Shown here in pieces: positions 10,456-20,771 of a stretch of 64,000 bases of DNA. The stretch spans positions 256,001 to 320,000 of the forward strand of contig CAVTBU010000009.1 in NCBI GenBank assembly GCA_963733035.1, in the 5' to 3' direction. The translations under genes were made by a program, and so were the position numbers. The stretch comes from Pirellulales bacterium (GTDB taxonomy: Bacteria > Planctomycetota > Planctomycetia > Pirellulales > PALSA-1355). The notes below the pieces were generated by a model. It saw only the letters and a program-made list of their open reading frames with translations. It made no database searches and was not told where the DNA came from. The stretch's first letter is position 1; the number at the start of each line of letters is the position of its first letter.

Positions 10456-11577
10456 TCAATATACGAGGACCTCGTTGTCCATCGATTCGAAGGTCCTTGT
10501 CAGTCGAATCAGGCTCTTCGGGTTGGGGCCGTCTTCGTTCTCGTGCGAGATTTCACGCATCTCGGGGAGCAGCGACAAGAATAGCTCAAGCAAGTCCGGG
10601 TCGAAATGTGATCCCGATTTTTCAATCATGATCGCAAGCGCCTCGGCTTCCGGGATAGCCGGGCGATAAATGCGGCCGTGTGTAAGTGCATCGTAGACGT
10701 CGACGATCGCCACAATGCGAGCCGCCTCGGGAATTTCCTGGCCGCACAGCCCGGCCGGATAACCACGGCCGTTCCATTTCTCGTGGTGGTAAAGTGCGAT
10801 CGTTTGTGCCAGTTGCAACACGGCCGATTCGCTCCCGGCCAGAATCTCGGCTCCAATGACCGTGTGCTGCTTCATGACTTCGAATTCCTCGGCGGTCAGT
10901 CTGCCGGGCTTCTGCAGGATCGCGTCGGGAATGCCGATCTTGCCCACGTCGTGCATGGGAGCGGCCAGTCGCATATTGTCAGCATCGGCCGACGACCAGC
11001 CTGTCGCGCGGGCCAAGGTCTCGCTGAGCAACCCCGTTCGGCGAATATGTCCGCCGGTTTCGACGTCGCGATAAGTGCAGGCCGACACAAGCCGATGGAT
11101 GGCCTCTTCGTATGCCCCGCGCAATTCGCGGGTTTGTTCGCGCACGCGACGCTCGAGCTGTAACGTGTAGTTCCGCTTGTCGATAATCAGGCCCCGCCGT
11201 TCCAGCCCGCGACGAACCTGAAACAGCAGCTGGTCACGGTCGACCGGTTTGAGCAGGTAGCCGCAGGCCCCGCCCGTGAGTGCCGCCACGGCGGTTTCAG
11301 TATTCGCCTCGCCGGTCAACATGACCACCGCGGCATCCGGGTAACGCTCGCTAATCCACTCCAGCAAACGAAGCCCCGACCCTTCAGGCATGGAAATATC
11401 GAGCGTCACCATCGCGATTTCCTGCTCCTGCAGGAGGTCGCATGCTTCCATCCCGTTTTTGGCGTGCAGGCAATGGTAGCCGGCATCGCGCAGCCAACGC
11501 GTGATCAGGTCACGCACGTGGTCTTCGTCGTCCACGACCAACAAAGTGGGTTGAGGGTTTCCGTTCAGGCTATGCAT
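10456..11577 (-). CDS. Response regulator with HD-GYP c-di-GMP phosphodiesterase domain (RpfG family)
   Basis: Receiver (VVDDE, LDISMP, KP) followed by ETGGHIRR, PMHDVGKIGIPD, HHEKWNGRGYP, DVYDAL, HFDP; ATG 11577 with GGGGAGG RBS. Confidence 0.93.
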   Translation of the reverse strand: MHSLNGNPQPTLLVVDDEDHVRDLITRWLRDAGYHCLHAKNGMEACDLLQEQEIAMVTLDISMPEGSGLRLLEWISERYPDAAVVMLTGEANTETAVAALTGGACGYLLKPVDRDQLLFQVRRGLERRGLIIDKRNYTLQLERRVREQTRELRGAYEEAIHRLVSACTYRDVETGGHIRRTGLLSETLARATGWSSADADNMRLAAPMHDVGKIGIPDAILQKPGRLTAEEFEVMKQHTVIGAEILAGSESAVLQLAQTIALYHHEKWNGRGYPAGLCGQEIPEAARIVAIVDVYDALTHGRIYRPAIPEAEALAIMIEKSGSHFDPDLLELFLSLLPEMREISHENEDGPNPKSLIRLTRTFESMDNEVLVY

Positions 11578-11996
11578 GCGGCGATCCTCCCCACGTTGGA
11601 ACTCGCGCTGACGGTTGCGATACGAACGGCCGGCACGCGCGTCCGGTGGGCCGGGAAATCGACGAAAACTGCTGCGGGCAAACTTTGCTGAAGTTCGCTT
11701 CGCCGGCTCGCAGCAGCCGCGAAATGAGGCGTTGACTCGCCGCCAGAAACGTCGACCACGATGTCTGCCCTCACCTGGATATGTCGGGAAGTCGCGGCGT
11801 GCCCACGTTCGCCACGGTCGGATCCCCGAGCGAAGGAAACTATAGGTCACACGAGGCCGAACATGCCACGCAACTACACGGCCGAAATCACGTGTTTTCG
11901 GACCCAATCGAACGAACGGGTACTACAGACGCACCAACCCGCAAAACTTGCAGCATGGGCGAAGGCGCGTTGCCGGCAGGGGCTGGCGCGCGGGGA

Positions 11997-12919
11997 CTAA
12001 TCGGCGTCCAGATAATGGTCGAACCACTGCCAGACAGCCGGATACTCGTCCATGATGCCTGGCCAATAGGTATGGCCGCCGGTCTTGTGCTCGATATACC
12101 GCACGTCGAGTCCGGTGCCCTCGTACTTTTCGCGCATGATGCGCGACTGTTGTACTGGTACCGTCAAATCGCGAAGTCCGTGTATCAGCAGAAGCGGTGG
12201 ATCGTCCGGCGTCACGAAGTTGATCGGCGAAATGCTTTGCAACTGCGCCTTCATGTCCGTGATTTCCACGAAAATGCTTGATAACAGATCCGGTTTGATT
12301 TTGTTGATCGTGACGTAGCCGTCTGTCATCCCCCAGTTCACCAGGTCGGTGGGTGGAAACCAGGCCACGACCGCCTGCACGCGAGAGCTTTCTCGCTCTA
12401 CCGGATCCTCGGCACCGGGTTTACCGTCGTCGCCGGTGGTGGCCACCATAAGTGAAAGATGGCCACCGGATGAGCCGCTTGTGATTCCCAAATGATTGGG
12501 GTCGACGCCGTATTGCTCGGCGTGATGGCGCACGTAGCGCACACTACGGCGAATGTCCTCGATCATCTCCGGAACGTAGTAGCGCGGCAAACTTCCGTGA
12601 CGGGCCACAAACAAAGTGTAGCCGCCTTGCAAGAGACCCTGCACCCAGTGCTCGTGCTTGCGACTTTCAATCTCCTTGCCGGGCACGTTCGATTTGCTCG
12701 AATGCCAGCCGCCACTCGAAACCAGTACAATTCCGATTCCCTTGCGCCCTCCACCGGCGTGAGCACGTCCATCGTCAACGCCAGACCGTCCTTCTGCCCG
12801 TAGACAACGTCTTCCTCGGCGCGGAATTCGGCGACCTTGGCGGGTTTGTCCGCGGCGTGTGCGACGACCGCGCTCAGCACGATTGCGAGCAGGCTCCAGG
12901 CCCAGTTTTTGACATTCAT
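11997..12919 (-). CDS. Secreted alpha/beta hydrolase (esterase/lipase-like); frameshift at ~12744
   Basis: ORF 12563-12955 (signal peptide, DVVYG, LTMDVLTP) continues in ORF 11997-12686 (SGGW, GSSSGGHL, LIHG, DLTVP, GH). Confidence 0.85.
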
Positions 12920-13108
12920 CAATTCGCTCTCACGGTTTGTTGGATGAGGATGCACGTACTTTCATTATGGTTTGTCGAGCCGGCCCCGAAAAGCGCGGCA
13001 AATGTCGCGGAAAAAGCGCACCTGAAGTTTGCACCAGGTCAGGCGGCCAGCTAGTTTATGGGCGCTGCGATTCGTGCGGTTCTTCCTACCCAACACGCGG
13101 GGCGCACC

Positions 13109-14743
13109 ATGCCAACAATTGCCAAACGGAAGTTCGGCCTGTACGTCGTTACGCTTTTCAGCCTGGCAATTCTGGGCCAGACACGCATCGCTGGGGCCGA
13201 CGACGAGCCGGTGCGGATCGAATCGGGCGCCATCCAGGGTGCTCGTGCGGGAGACGACCGTTCGGTTCGCGTTTACAAGGGCATTCCATACGCGGCGCCG
13301 CCGGTAGGAACTTTGCGCTGGCGTCCACCCCAGCCCGTTGCCGGCTGGAACGACGTCCGCGCCTGCACGAAGTTCAGCCCCACCTGCCCCCAAAAGCCAT
13401 ATCCGGCCGGGTCGATCTACGTCCAACCCGCGCAGCCTCAAAGCGAGGACTGCCTGTATTTGAACGTCTGGACCGCCGCCCGGTCGGCCGCTGAAAAACG
13501 ACCGGTAATGGTCTGGATTCACGGCGGTGCCCTCACGCGTGGTTCCGGCTCGCTCGAGGTCTACGACGGCACACGGCTGGCCGAACGCGGCGTCGTGCTC
13601 GTGACGATCAACTACCGCTTGGGACCCTTCGGATTCCTCGCGCATCCGGCGCTCAGCGCCGAATCGGAACACGGGTCGAGCGGCAATTATGGAATTCTGG
13701 ATCAAATCGCGGCCCTCAAGTGGGTGCAGCGGAACATCAAAGCGTTTGGCGGCGACCCAGGCAACGTAACCATCTTCGGCGAATCGGCTGGCTCGTGGAG
13801 CGTTTGTTCGCTGGTGGCAACGCCGCTGGCAAAGGGTCTATTCCAACGGGCGATCGGCCAAAGCGGCGGATGCTTCGCCCCCATGCAATACCTCAAGGTA
13901 GCCCAGCACGGTTTCGCTCCGGCCGAGAAGCTTGGTGAAAACCTGGCTCAAAGCCTCGACTGCGACGACTCAAGCGACGTGCTCGCAGCGATGCGCGACA
14001 AGTCGCCCGAAGAATTGCTCGACGCGGCCGCGAAAGATCCGAACCTGTCGCGAGTGCGCGGAAACGTCGACGGCTGGGTCTTCCCCGACGAAATCCACAA
14101 TCTCTATGCGAACGGCAAACAAAATCCAGTCAGCTTACTGGTGGGGTCAAATGCTGACGAGGGAACAAGTCTCGCGGGCCCGACAACTCCCCGGAGCTCC
14201 AAGGTCGTACTGGCACTGGTGAAGCAAAAGTACGGCGAGGCCGCCGATGAATTTCTCAAGCTTTATCCGGCGGCGACGGACGAAGAGGCCCGCGACGCAT
14301 TTCTGCACAGCTTGCGCGACGAATGGTTTACCTGGGAGATGCGCAGCTGGGCCCGGCTGACGAGAAAGGCCAACCAGCCGGCCTACTTGTACTTTTTCAG
14401 CCATGCGCCCCCACGGCCTGGAAACGAGCAGTTGGGCGCCTATCACGCGGCGGAGATTGTGTACATATTCGACAATCTCGATAAATTCCCCTGGGATATC
14501 GAGTCGCTCGATCGCGAGCTAGCCGATCAGATGTCAGAAGCCTGGGTTCGTTTCGCCAGCACGGGCGACCCGAACGGCGGACGACTACCGAATTGGGAAG
14601 TTTATGGCGTCGAATCGGAGCCCTACCTGGAATTCGGCGATGTCATTCAGCCGGGTCACCATCTATTGCAAGCCGAGTGTGACTTCTTCGACCGATGGAA
14701 CGATGGACGGCGAAACGCCGAAACGACTACCCCGCAGCAATAG
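13109..14743 (+). CDS. Type-B carboxylesterase/lipase family protein, secreted
   Basis: KGIPYAAPPVG, SEDCLYLNVW, WIHGG, NYRLG, FGESAG, NADEG, AYHAAE catalytic triad; signal peptide. Confidence 0.95.
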   Translation: MPTIAKRKFGLYVVTLFSLAILGQTRIAGADDEPVRIESGAIQGARAGDDRSVRVYKGIPYAAPPVGTLRWRPPQPVAGWNDVRACTKFSPTCPQKPYPAGSIYVQPAQPQSEDCLYLNVWTAARSAAEKRPVMVWIHGGALTRGSGSLEVYDGTRLAERGVVLVTINYRLGPFGFLAHPALSAESEHGSSGNYGILDQIAALKWVQRNIKAFGGDPGNVTIFGESAGSWSVCSLVATPLAKGLFQRAIGQSGGCFAPMQYLKVAQHGFAPAEKLGENLAQSLDCDDSSDVLAAMRDKSPEELLDAAAKDPNLSRVRGNVDGWVFPDEIHNLYANGKQNPVSLLVGSNADEGTSLAGPTTPRSSKVVLALVKQKYGEAADEFLKLYPAATDEEARDAFLHSLRDEWFTWEMRSWARLTRKANQPAYLYFFSHAPPRPGNEQLGAYHAAEIVYIFDNLDKFPWDIESLDRELADQMSEAWVRFASTGDPNGGRLPNWEVYGVESEPYLEFGDVIQPGHHLLQAECDFFDRWNDGRRNAETTTPQQ

Positions 14744-14871
14744 TGCCTTCTCGATTGCGAGCGGTTCAAGCCGCTAAATTTGGCATTCCGGTTTGACTGC
14801 GCCTGTCGGCGGGATAGGGTTGTTCGGTGACCTAGCCCACAACGCAATTCCCGGCTGCAGCCGGTTAACCG

Positions 14872-15531
14872 ATGTCTTGCTTCAGACCCTTCGTCGCGCG
14901 ATTGTTCGCAATTCCGAGGCGGATCGGCAGCGCGGCGGTCGTTGCCATCCTCTGCCTGCTCCCCTCGGTCGTCCACGCAGAGAATCTGACGCGCGTGGAA
15001 GAGGACTGGGAATTGGTTGTCGGCGACCCGGGGCCAATTGGCGGTTTACCGCAGGTCACCACGACGATGTCGCCCGTGGGCGACCTGAGCAACGTGCGTT
15101 GGCTGCTCACGTTGAACCTGGATGGCCAGCCGGCGTACGAATCGGGCGGGATTCAGCTGCTCGCTTGGCAGGAGAACGTGCCAGGCCCAGCGAAGCGATT
15201 TGGCGTGGGCACGCGGCTTCACGTCGACAACGAGGTGATTACGTGGACCCAGGTCATGGCAGTCGAACGAGGCGTGTTGTATTGTGCGGTCGTCGACGGC
15301 AAATCGGAAAGCTGGGGAAACTTCGGCCAAGGAAACTCGCTGACCGTTTCGGTTCCCACCAAACTGAAGAATCTCAACGACTACAGCCAGTCGTTGTCGT
15401 ACTTCTGTTCCGGCGTCTCGGGAACACGCCTGGCTCCCACCCGGGTCCGCTCGCTGACTTTACGGCAGGTCCGATGGTACTCGCCCGAGGGGCTCGAATA
15501 TCAGGACCGAGAGGCGAAACTCGTTTACTAG
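14872..15531 (+). CDS. Hypothetical secreted protein (RVEEDWELVV motif)
   Basis: Signal peptide ending VHA; beta-rich mature domain; fills the gap between co-oriented genes. Confidence 0.75.
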   Translation: MSCFRPFVARLFAIPRRIGSAAVVAILCLLPSVVHAENLTRVEEDWELVVGDPGPIGGLPQVTTTMSPVGDLSNVRWLLTLNLDGQPAYESGGIQLLAWQENVPGPAKRFGVGTRLHVDNEVITWTQVMAVERGVLYCAVVDGKSESWGNFGQGNSLTVSVPTKLKNLNDYSQSLSYFCSGVSGTRLAPTRVRSLTLRQVRWYSPEGLEYQDREAKLVY

Positions 15532-15673
15532 CCCGTTGCCGGACTCGGCGGGTTGTTTGGCCCGATAGCGACTTTCCAAGCCCGCGGATGGCGATATAAT
15601 TTGGCGCCTGCCGATGAGACCAGGCCCTGGTCTCGAATGCTTCCCTGGTTCCTACTGGTCTCCGAGGTTTTGC

Positions 15674-15970
15674 ATGCCCGCCACACTCGATCCCGAGGAA
15701 GTTCGCCGCCTCCCATTGGCCGGTCTTGCTCCGCCTGTTCGCGCCGAAGTCGACGAAGATGACGACAGCTCCGACGACGACAGCGATAGCAACGATTCGG
15801 ACGACGATCTGGACGTAATCGACGAGCCGGTTGAACCGCTGGAGCAAATCGACGACTTCGACGAGGACGATTTCGACGACGATTTCGACGACGATTTCGA
15901 AGAAGAGCTCGAGGAAGAGGAAGAACACGCCGACGCGGCCGGCCTAGACGACGATTTCGAAAACGAATAG
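15674..15970 (+). CDS. Small, extremely acidic low-complexity protein (98 aa, about half Asp/Glu)
   Basis: ATG 15674 after a GAGG RBS; perfect TATAAT at 15595-15600; codon-phased GAC/GAA runs. Confidence 0.75.
   Translation: MPATLDPEEVRRLPLAGLAPPVRAEVDEDDDSSDDDSDSNDSDDDLDVIDEPVEPLEQIDDFDEDDFDDDFDDDFEEELEEEEEHADAAGLDDDFENE
15866..15901 (+). repeat. 12-bp tandem repeat x3 (GACGATTTCGAC/A) encoding DDFD-DDFD-DDFE
   Basis: Directly visible inside the acidic ORF. Confidence 0.85.
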
Positions 15971-16138
15971 GCGAATCACCGTCAATTCGAGCCCGGTGGG
16001 CGGAATTCGACTTCCCGACGTCGGCTGGGGATTGGCGGCTTGGGCCGGCTCGAATTAAACTCAAGGGTCGCGGGGCGCACCAGCCGTCCCCACAACTGGC
16101 GGTCCCACCCCTGACTCACTCCTGCCGAGGAGATCCGC

Positions 16139-17392
16139 GTGCCCATCCGACGTTTGCGATCGGCGTGTTTCTGCGCCTTGTTCTGTTGCTCGGCCGCCGC
16201 CGCGGCGCTCGCTAAGCCAGCGGAGAAGCCCGGCCCGCAGGAGTTTTCTCTTCACGATGGCGACCGCGTCGTGCTTCTTGGCAGCACATTCATCGAACGG
16301 GCCCAATCACACGGCTACCTGGAAACCGCTTTGATAAGCCGCTTCCCCGGCGCCAACATCCAGTTTCGCAACCTGGGCTGGAGCGGCGACAATGTCTTTG
16401 GCCAGGCCCGCGCCGGATTCGGGCCCATCGAAGAAGGGTTCAAGCATCTCAAGGAGCACGTGCTGGATCTTCGGCCGACCGTAATTCTGTTGAACTACGG
16501 CGCCAACGAGTCGTTTGCCGGCGAAGCGGGGCTCGACCGGTTTCTGGCCGGGCTCGACGTGTTGCTGAAGACCCTCGACGAAACCGGGGCCAAAATCGTC
16601 TTTTTGACACTGCCCCCACACGAAGATTTGGGCCGTCCACTGCCCGATCCGACCCAGCACAATCGAAATCTGAAGCTCTATTCCGGCGCCATCGCCAAGG
16701 TGGCTGGCAAGCGTGGGGCGCCCGTTGTCAATTTGTTCGAGTTGCTCAACTCAAAATCAGTGGCCGATGCCGACGTGCCGCTCACGGACAACGGGCTGCA
16801 TCTGACCGCCTACGGCTACTGGAGGGCAGCACCCCAATTAGAGCGCGGCCTCGGACTGCCCGATCGCGAGTGGCAAATCGAAGTCGATGTGCCACATGCG
16901 AATATCTCTGCACGCGGCACGCAGGTGAGCCAGGCGCGATTCGCACCGGACTCGCTCCGCTTCGTGGTCCACGATGCCCAATTGCCGCTTCCGCCTGCTC
17001 CGGCGGATTCGCCTGCCGACGTTCCCTCGCTTTGTCCTCGGACGCTGCGGGTGTTCGACTTGCCCGCGGGGATCTACGAACTGACCGTCGACGACGCGCC
17101 CGTGGCCAAAGGCGATGCCACCGAGTGGGCCCATGGCATTACCATCACGAGAGGCCCCGAGTTTGACCAGGCCGAACGTCTGCGACAAACCATCCTGGAA
17201 AAGAACGAGCTGTACTTTCATCGCTGGCGGCCACAGAACGTGACCTACCTGTTCGGATTTCGTAAGCACGAGCAAGGAAACAATGCGGTGGAGATTCCGC
17301 AATTCGATCCCTTGGTCGAAGCCCGGGAAACGACGATTCGTTCGCTTTCGATGCCCGCGAACCACGCATATCAACTGGTCAAGGTGAAGTAG
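16139..17392 (+). CDS. SGNH/GDSL hydrolase family protein, secreted
   Basis: GDRVVLLGST, RNLGWSGD, YGANES, DNGLHL; AGGAG RBS; C-terminal HRWRPQN-x-TYLFGFRKHEQG. Confidence 0.88.
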   Translation: MPIRRLRSACFCALFCCSAAAAALAKPAEKPGPQEFSLHDGDRVVLLGSTFIERAQSHGYLETALISRFPGANIQFRNLGWSGDNVFGQARAGFGPIEEGFKHLKEHVLDLRPTVILLNYGANESFAGEAGLDRFLAGLDVLLKTLDETGAKIVFLTLPPHEDLGRPLPDPTQHNRNLKLYSGAIAKVAGKRGAPVVNLFELLNSKSVADADVPLTDNGLHLTAYGYWRAAPQLERGLGLPDREWQIEVDVPHANISARGTQVSQARFAPDSLRFVVHDAQLPLPPAPADSPADVPSLCPRTLRVFDLPAGIYELTVDDAPVAKGDATEWAHGITITRGPEFDQAERLRQTILEKNELYFHRWRPQNVTYLFGFRKHEQGNNAVEIPQFDPLVEARETTIRSLSMPANHAYQLVKVK

Positions 17393-17393
17393 C

Positions 17394-20300
17394 ATGATGA
17401 AACCCAGTCGAACGACCTGGCGTGGCGCGCTCGTGCTGAGCGTCGTGGCATGGCTGTGTTGCCAGCACGCGGCCTTGGCGCAGCGCGAGTTGAAAGTGAT
17501 CCCCGACCCCGATCCGGAACTCGAACGCGAGACGTTTCAACTGGCCGAGGGGCTGGAGGTGAATCTCTACGCCGCCGATCCGCTGTTGGCCAAACCGATT
17601 CACATCAACTTCGACGCGCAGGGGCGGCTGTGGGTTGCCAGCAGCGAAATCTACCCGCACGTCAAGCCGGGCCAGGAGGCCAACGACAAGATCTTGGTGC
17701 TCGAAGACGTTGACAATGACGGCCAGGCCGAAAAGACGACCGTGTTTGCCGACGGTCTGTTGATTCCCACCGGCGTGGTGCCCGGCGACGGTGGCGCATA
17801 CGTGGCCAACAGTACCGAGCTACTGCATCTGGCGGACACCAATGGCGACGGTCGCGCGGACCAGCGGCGGGTGATGCTCTCAGGATTTGGTACCGAGGAT
17901 ACGCATCACATCATTCATACATTCCGCTGGGGCCCCGATGGAATGTTGTACTTCAATCAGTCGATTTACATTCATAGCCACATTGAAACCCCCTGGGGCG
18001 TGCGGCGGCTGAACAGCGGCGGCATTTGGCAATTCCGCCCCGAGACGATGCAACTAGAAGTGTTCGCCCGCGGGCTCTGCAATCCGTGGGGACACATCTT
18101 CGACCAATGGGGCCAATCGTTTGCCACCGACGGGGCGGGCGGCGAAGGCATCAACTACGTCTTTCCCGGCGTGGTGATGTTTACCTATGCCGGGGCCAAG
18201 AAAACCTCACCCGGCCTCAACCCGGGGAGCCCCAAACACTGCGGCCTGGAAGTGATCAGTGGCCGCCACTTCCCCGACCAGTGGCAAGGCAGCCTGGTGA
18301 CAAACGACTTTCGGGCGCATCGGGTCTGTCGCTTTACGCTCACGGAAGTCGGCTCGGGCTATTCCTCGAAGGAAGAACCCGAGATCATCAAGTCGACCCA
18401 TGCGGCATTCCGGCCGATCGACGCCAAGATGGGCCCGGACGGCGCCCTATACATCGCCGACTGGTACAACCCCATTATCCAGCACGGCGAAGTGGATTTT
18501 CGTGACGAGCGCCGCGATCACACGCATGGTCGTATCTGGCGGGTCACTTTCAAGGGACGGCCGCTCGTTGAAAAGCCGGGGGTAGCAAGTGCATCCATCC
18601 CCCAACTGCTGGAAATGCTGCTTGCGCCGGAGGAATTCACGCGTTCGCACGCCAAGCTGGAGCTCAAAGCCCGCGGGCCCTCGGACGTCTTGCCGGCGCT
18701 GGCAGGCTGGGTACAAGAGCTCGAACCCGAAGATCCGAAGTTCGAGCACGCGCGGCTAGAGGCCCTGTGGACCTATCAGTCGCTGGACGTCGCCCAAGGG
18801 GAACTTCTCGCCCAGCTGCTGTTGTCGCCCGATCATCACGTGCGTGCCGCCGCTACGCGCGTGCTCAGTGCCTGGCACAACCGGATACCGAATGCCGCCG
18901 ACTTGATGGCGAAGCTGGTTGAGGACGAACATCCGCAAGTTCGATTGGAAGCCGTTCGGGCGCTGGCTCTGCTGCAAACTCCGCAGGCGGCCGAAGTGGC
19001 GATGCGGGCGTTGGACCGCCCCGTTGACCGGTTTTTGGACCACGCTCTCTGGCTGACGGCTACCGATTTGCAGCCCTACTGGCTCCCGGCGCTCGAGGCC
19101 GGCCAGATCGATTTCGACGGCAATGTACGACATTTGACCTTCGTGTTGCAAGCCGCCGGTTCACCACGCGTGGTGGCGCCGCTGATGAATTTGATCGAGT
19201 CGGGAAAGTTGCCCCCCGAACGTCGCGAGAGTGTGTTGCAATTGATTGCGGCGCTTGGCGGGCCGGCAGAACTGCGCGTCGTGCTCGACCTGGCTCTGGC
19301 CGGAAACACACCAGCCGACCAGCGGGCGGCGTTGCTCGAAGCGCTTTCGAGCGCCACGCGGATGCGGAAGGTTCAGCCGGAGGGCGACCTCGCGGCGCTC
19401 GTCGCGTTGGTCAGCAACGACAGCCAAGCCCTGCAGTCGGCGGCGATTGAGGCCGCCGGCCTGTGGCACGTAGAAGCAGCTCGAGACAAGCTATTGGCCC
19501 TCGCCTCTTCATCGGAAACACAAGGAGACGTCCGCCGTGCCGCGCTCGACAGCCTGGCAGCTTTTGGCGCTAGCAGTACGGAACCGCTCACGACGCTTTG
19601 CTCCAACGGACAACCGCTGGCAATTCGAAGTCAGGCGATTGCCGCGCTGGCCGCGATCGACGTGAAGGCGGCGGCGGCGCAATTCGTGCAAATACTGAAG
19701 GATGAACACGAAGCCAATCCGGCGGGCATCGTGCCGGCGATACTCGATCGGAGCGGCGGCGCTGCCGCGCTGGCCGACGCCGTGAGTGGACAACATTTGC
19801 CGGCGGACGCCGCAAAGCTCGCCGTGCGAGCCGTGCGGTCGGCAGCGCGAGAAGAGCCCGCATTGGTGGCCACGCTGAGCACTGCCGGCGGCATTACGAG
19901 CCCTAAGCGAACTTTTTCGGCGGCGGAGCTCAAAGCGTTCCTCTCCGATGTGGCCACGCAAGGCGATCCAGAACGAGGTGAAGCGATCTTTCGCAGCAGC
20001 CAGCAGGCCTGCCTGAAGTGTCATGCCATCGCCGGCGCAGGGGGCCGGGTGGGACCAGACCTGGTATCGATCGGCGCTAGCGCCCAGCCCGACTATCTCG
20101 TGCAATCGATTCTCGAACCGAGCGCTAAGATCAAGGAGAATTATCACTCGCTGACAGTCGTCTCCGATGGCATCATCACCAGCGGCGTGAAGGTGCGCGA
20201 GACCGACTCTGAACTCGTGCTTCGTGATGCGGAGGACCGCGAGATCTCCATCCCGCTGGACGCGATTGAAGCCAAAAAAGAAGGAGGCTCAATCATGCCG

Positions 20301-20771
20301 GTCGGGCTGGCAGACGAGCTGACGCGCGGTGAGCTCGTCGACCTGGTTCGCTTCCTGTCGGAACTGGGCAAGGTCGGTCCCTACGCTGTCAGCAAGGCGC
20401 GACTTGCACGCCGCTGGGAAGTGCAAAACAAATCGATCGACACAAATAGTTGGACGAGTGTTTATAGCGCCGTCTCCGGCGGGCTGCCGTTGGCGTCGCT
20501 TCCGGAAAATGACGAGAAGACTCGTATCGTGCGGTGCCAGGTCGATGTGGCCGTGGGCGGAAAGGTCGAGGCCATTCTCAACGGTCCGGTCGAGAAGCTG
20601 TGGCTCGATGATGAGCCACTCGAAATCGCCGATCGCGTTCCGGTCATTTTGACCAGCGGCCTGCACGCATTCAAGCTCGAAGTTCGCCGGGACGGGGATA
20701 CTCCATTGCGGCTCGAACTGGCCGACGTCGACGGTTCCGAAGCGCAATTGCAATTCATCGGGGGCAAATAG
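17394..20771 (+). CDS. PVC-type heme-binding CxxCH protein (beta-propeller dehydrogenase-like domain, HEAT repeats, cytochrome c)
   Basis: NFDAQGRLWV, DxDxDG loops, WGPDG, FRPIDAKMGPDGALYIADWYN, HGRIWR, HEAT-like region, CLKCH, GPDL, SIMP. Confidence 0.92.
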   Translation: MMKPSRTTWRGALVLSVVAWLCCQHAALAQRELKVIPDPDPELERETFQLAEGLEVNLYAADPLLAKPIHINFDAQGRLWVASSEIYPHVKPGQEANDKILVLEDVDNDGQAEKTTVFADGLLIPTGVVPGDGGAYVANSTELLHLADTNGDGRADQRRVMLSGFGTEDTHHIIHTFRWGPDGMLYFNQSIYIHSHIETPWGVRRLNSGGIWQFRPETMQLEVFARGLCNPWGHIFDQWGQSFATDGAGGEGINYVFPGVVMFTYAGAKKTSPGLNPGSPKHCGLEVISGRHFPDQWQGSLVTNDFRAHRVCRFTLTEVGSGYSSKEEPEIIKSTHAAFRPIDAKMGPDGALYIADWYNPIIQHGEVDFRDERRDHTHGRIWRVTFKGRPLVEKPGVASASIPQLLEMLLAPEEFTRSHAKLELKARGPSDVLPALAGWVQELEPEDPKFEHARLEALWTYQSLDVAQGELLAQLLLSPDHHVRAAATRVLSAWHNRIPNAADLMAKLVEDEHPQVRLEAVRALALLQTPQAAEVAMRALDRPVDRFLDHALWLTATDLQPYWLPALEAGQIDFDGNVRHLTFVLQAAGSPRVVAPLMNLIESGKLPPERRESVLQLIAALGGPAELRVVLDLALAGNTPADQRAALLEALSSATRMRKVQPEGDLAALVALVSNDSQALQSAAIEAAGLWHVEAARDKLLALASSSETQGDVRRAALDSLAAFGASSTEPLTTLCSNGQPLAIRSQAIAALAAIDVKAAAAQFVQILKDEHEANPAGIVPAILDRSGGAAALADAVSGQHLPADAAKLAVRAVRSAAREEPALVATLSTAGGITSPKRTFSAAELKAFLSDVATQGDPERGEAIFRSSQQACLKCHAIAGAGGRVGPDLVSIGASAQPDYLVQSILEPSAKIKENYHSLTVVSDGIITSGVKVRETDSELVLRDAEDREISIPLDAIEAKKEGGSIMPVGLADELTRGELVDLVRFLSELGKVGPYAVSKARLARRWEVQNKSIDTNSWTSVYSAVSGGLPLASLPENDEKTRIVRCQVDVAVGGKVEAILNGPVEKLWLDDEPLEIADRVPVILTSGLHAFKLEVRRDGDTPLRLELADVDGSEAQLQFIGGK

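Noticed and set aside
11669..11716. GGCAAAC-containing hairpin resembling the start of a c-di-GMP-I riboswitch
   Set aside because: The motif is on the strand opposite the HD-GYP gene and lacks the GNRA loop and downstream GCAAAG/P3 elements
15689..15712. The octapeptide DPEEVRRL occurs in both the acidic protein and the 54-aa protein at 60858-61022 (NPEEVRAL also occurs in the 40111 protein)
   Set aside because: It is a common helix N-cap pattern, the flanks are unrelated and the codons differ; most likely coincidence
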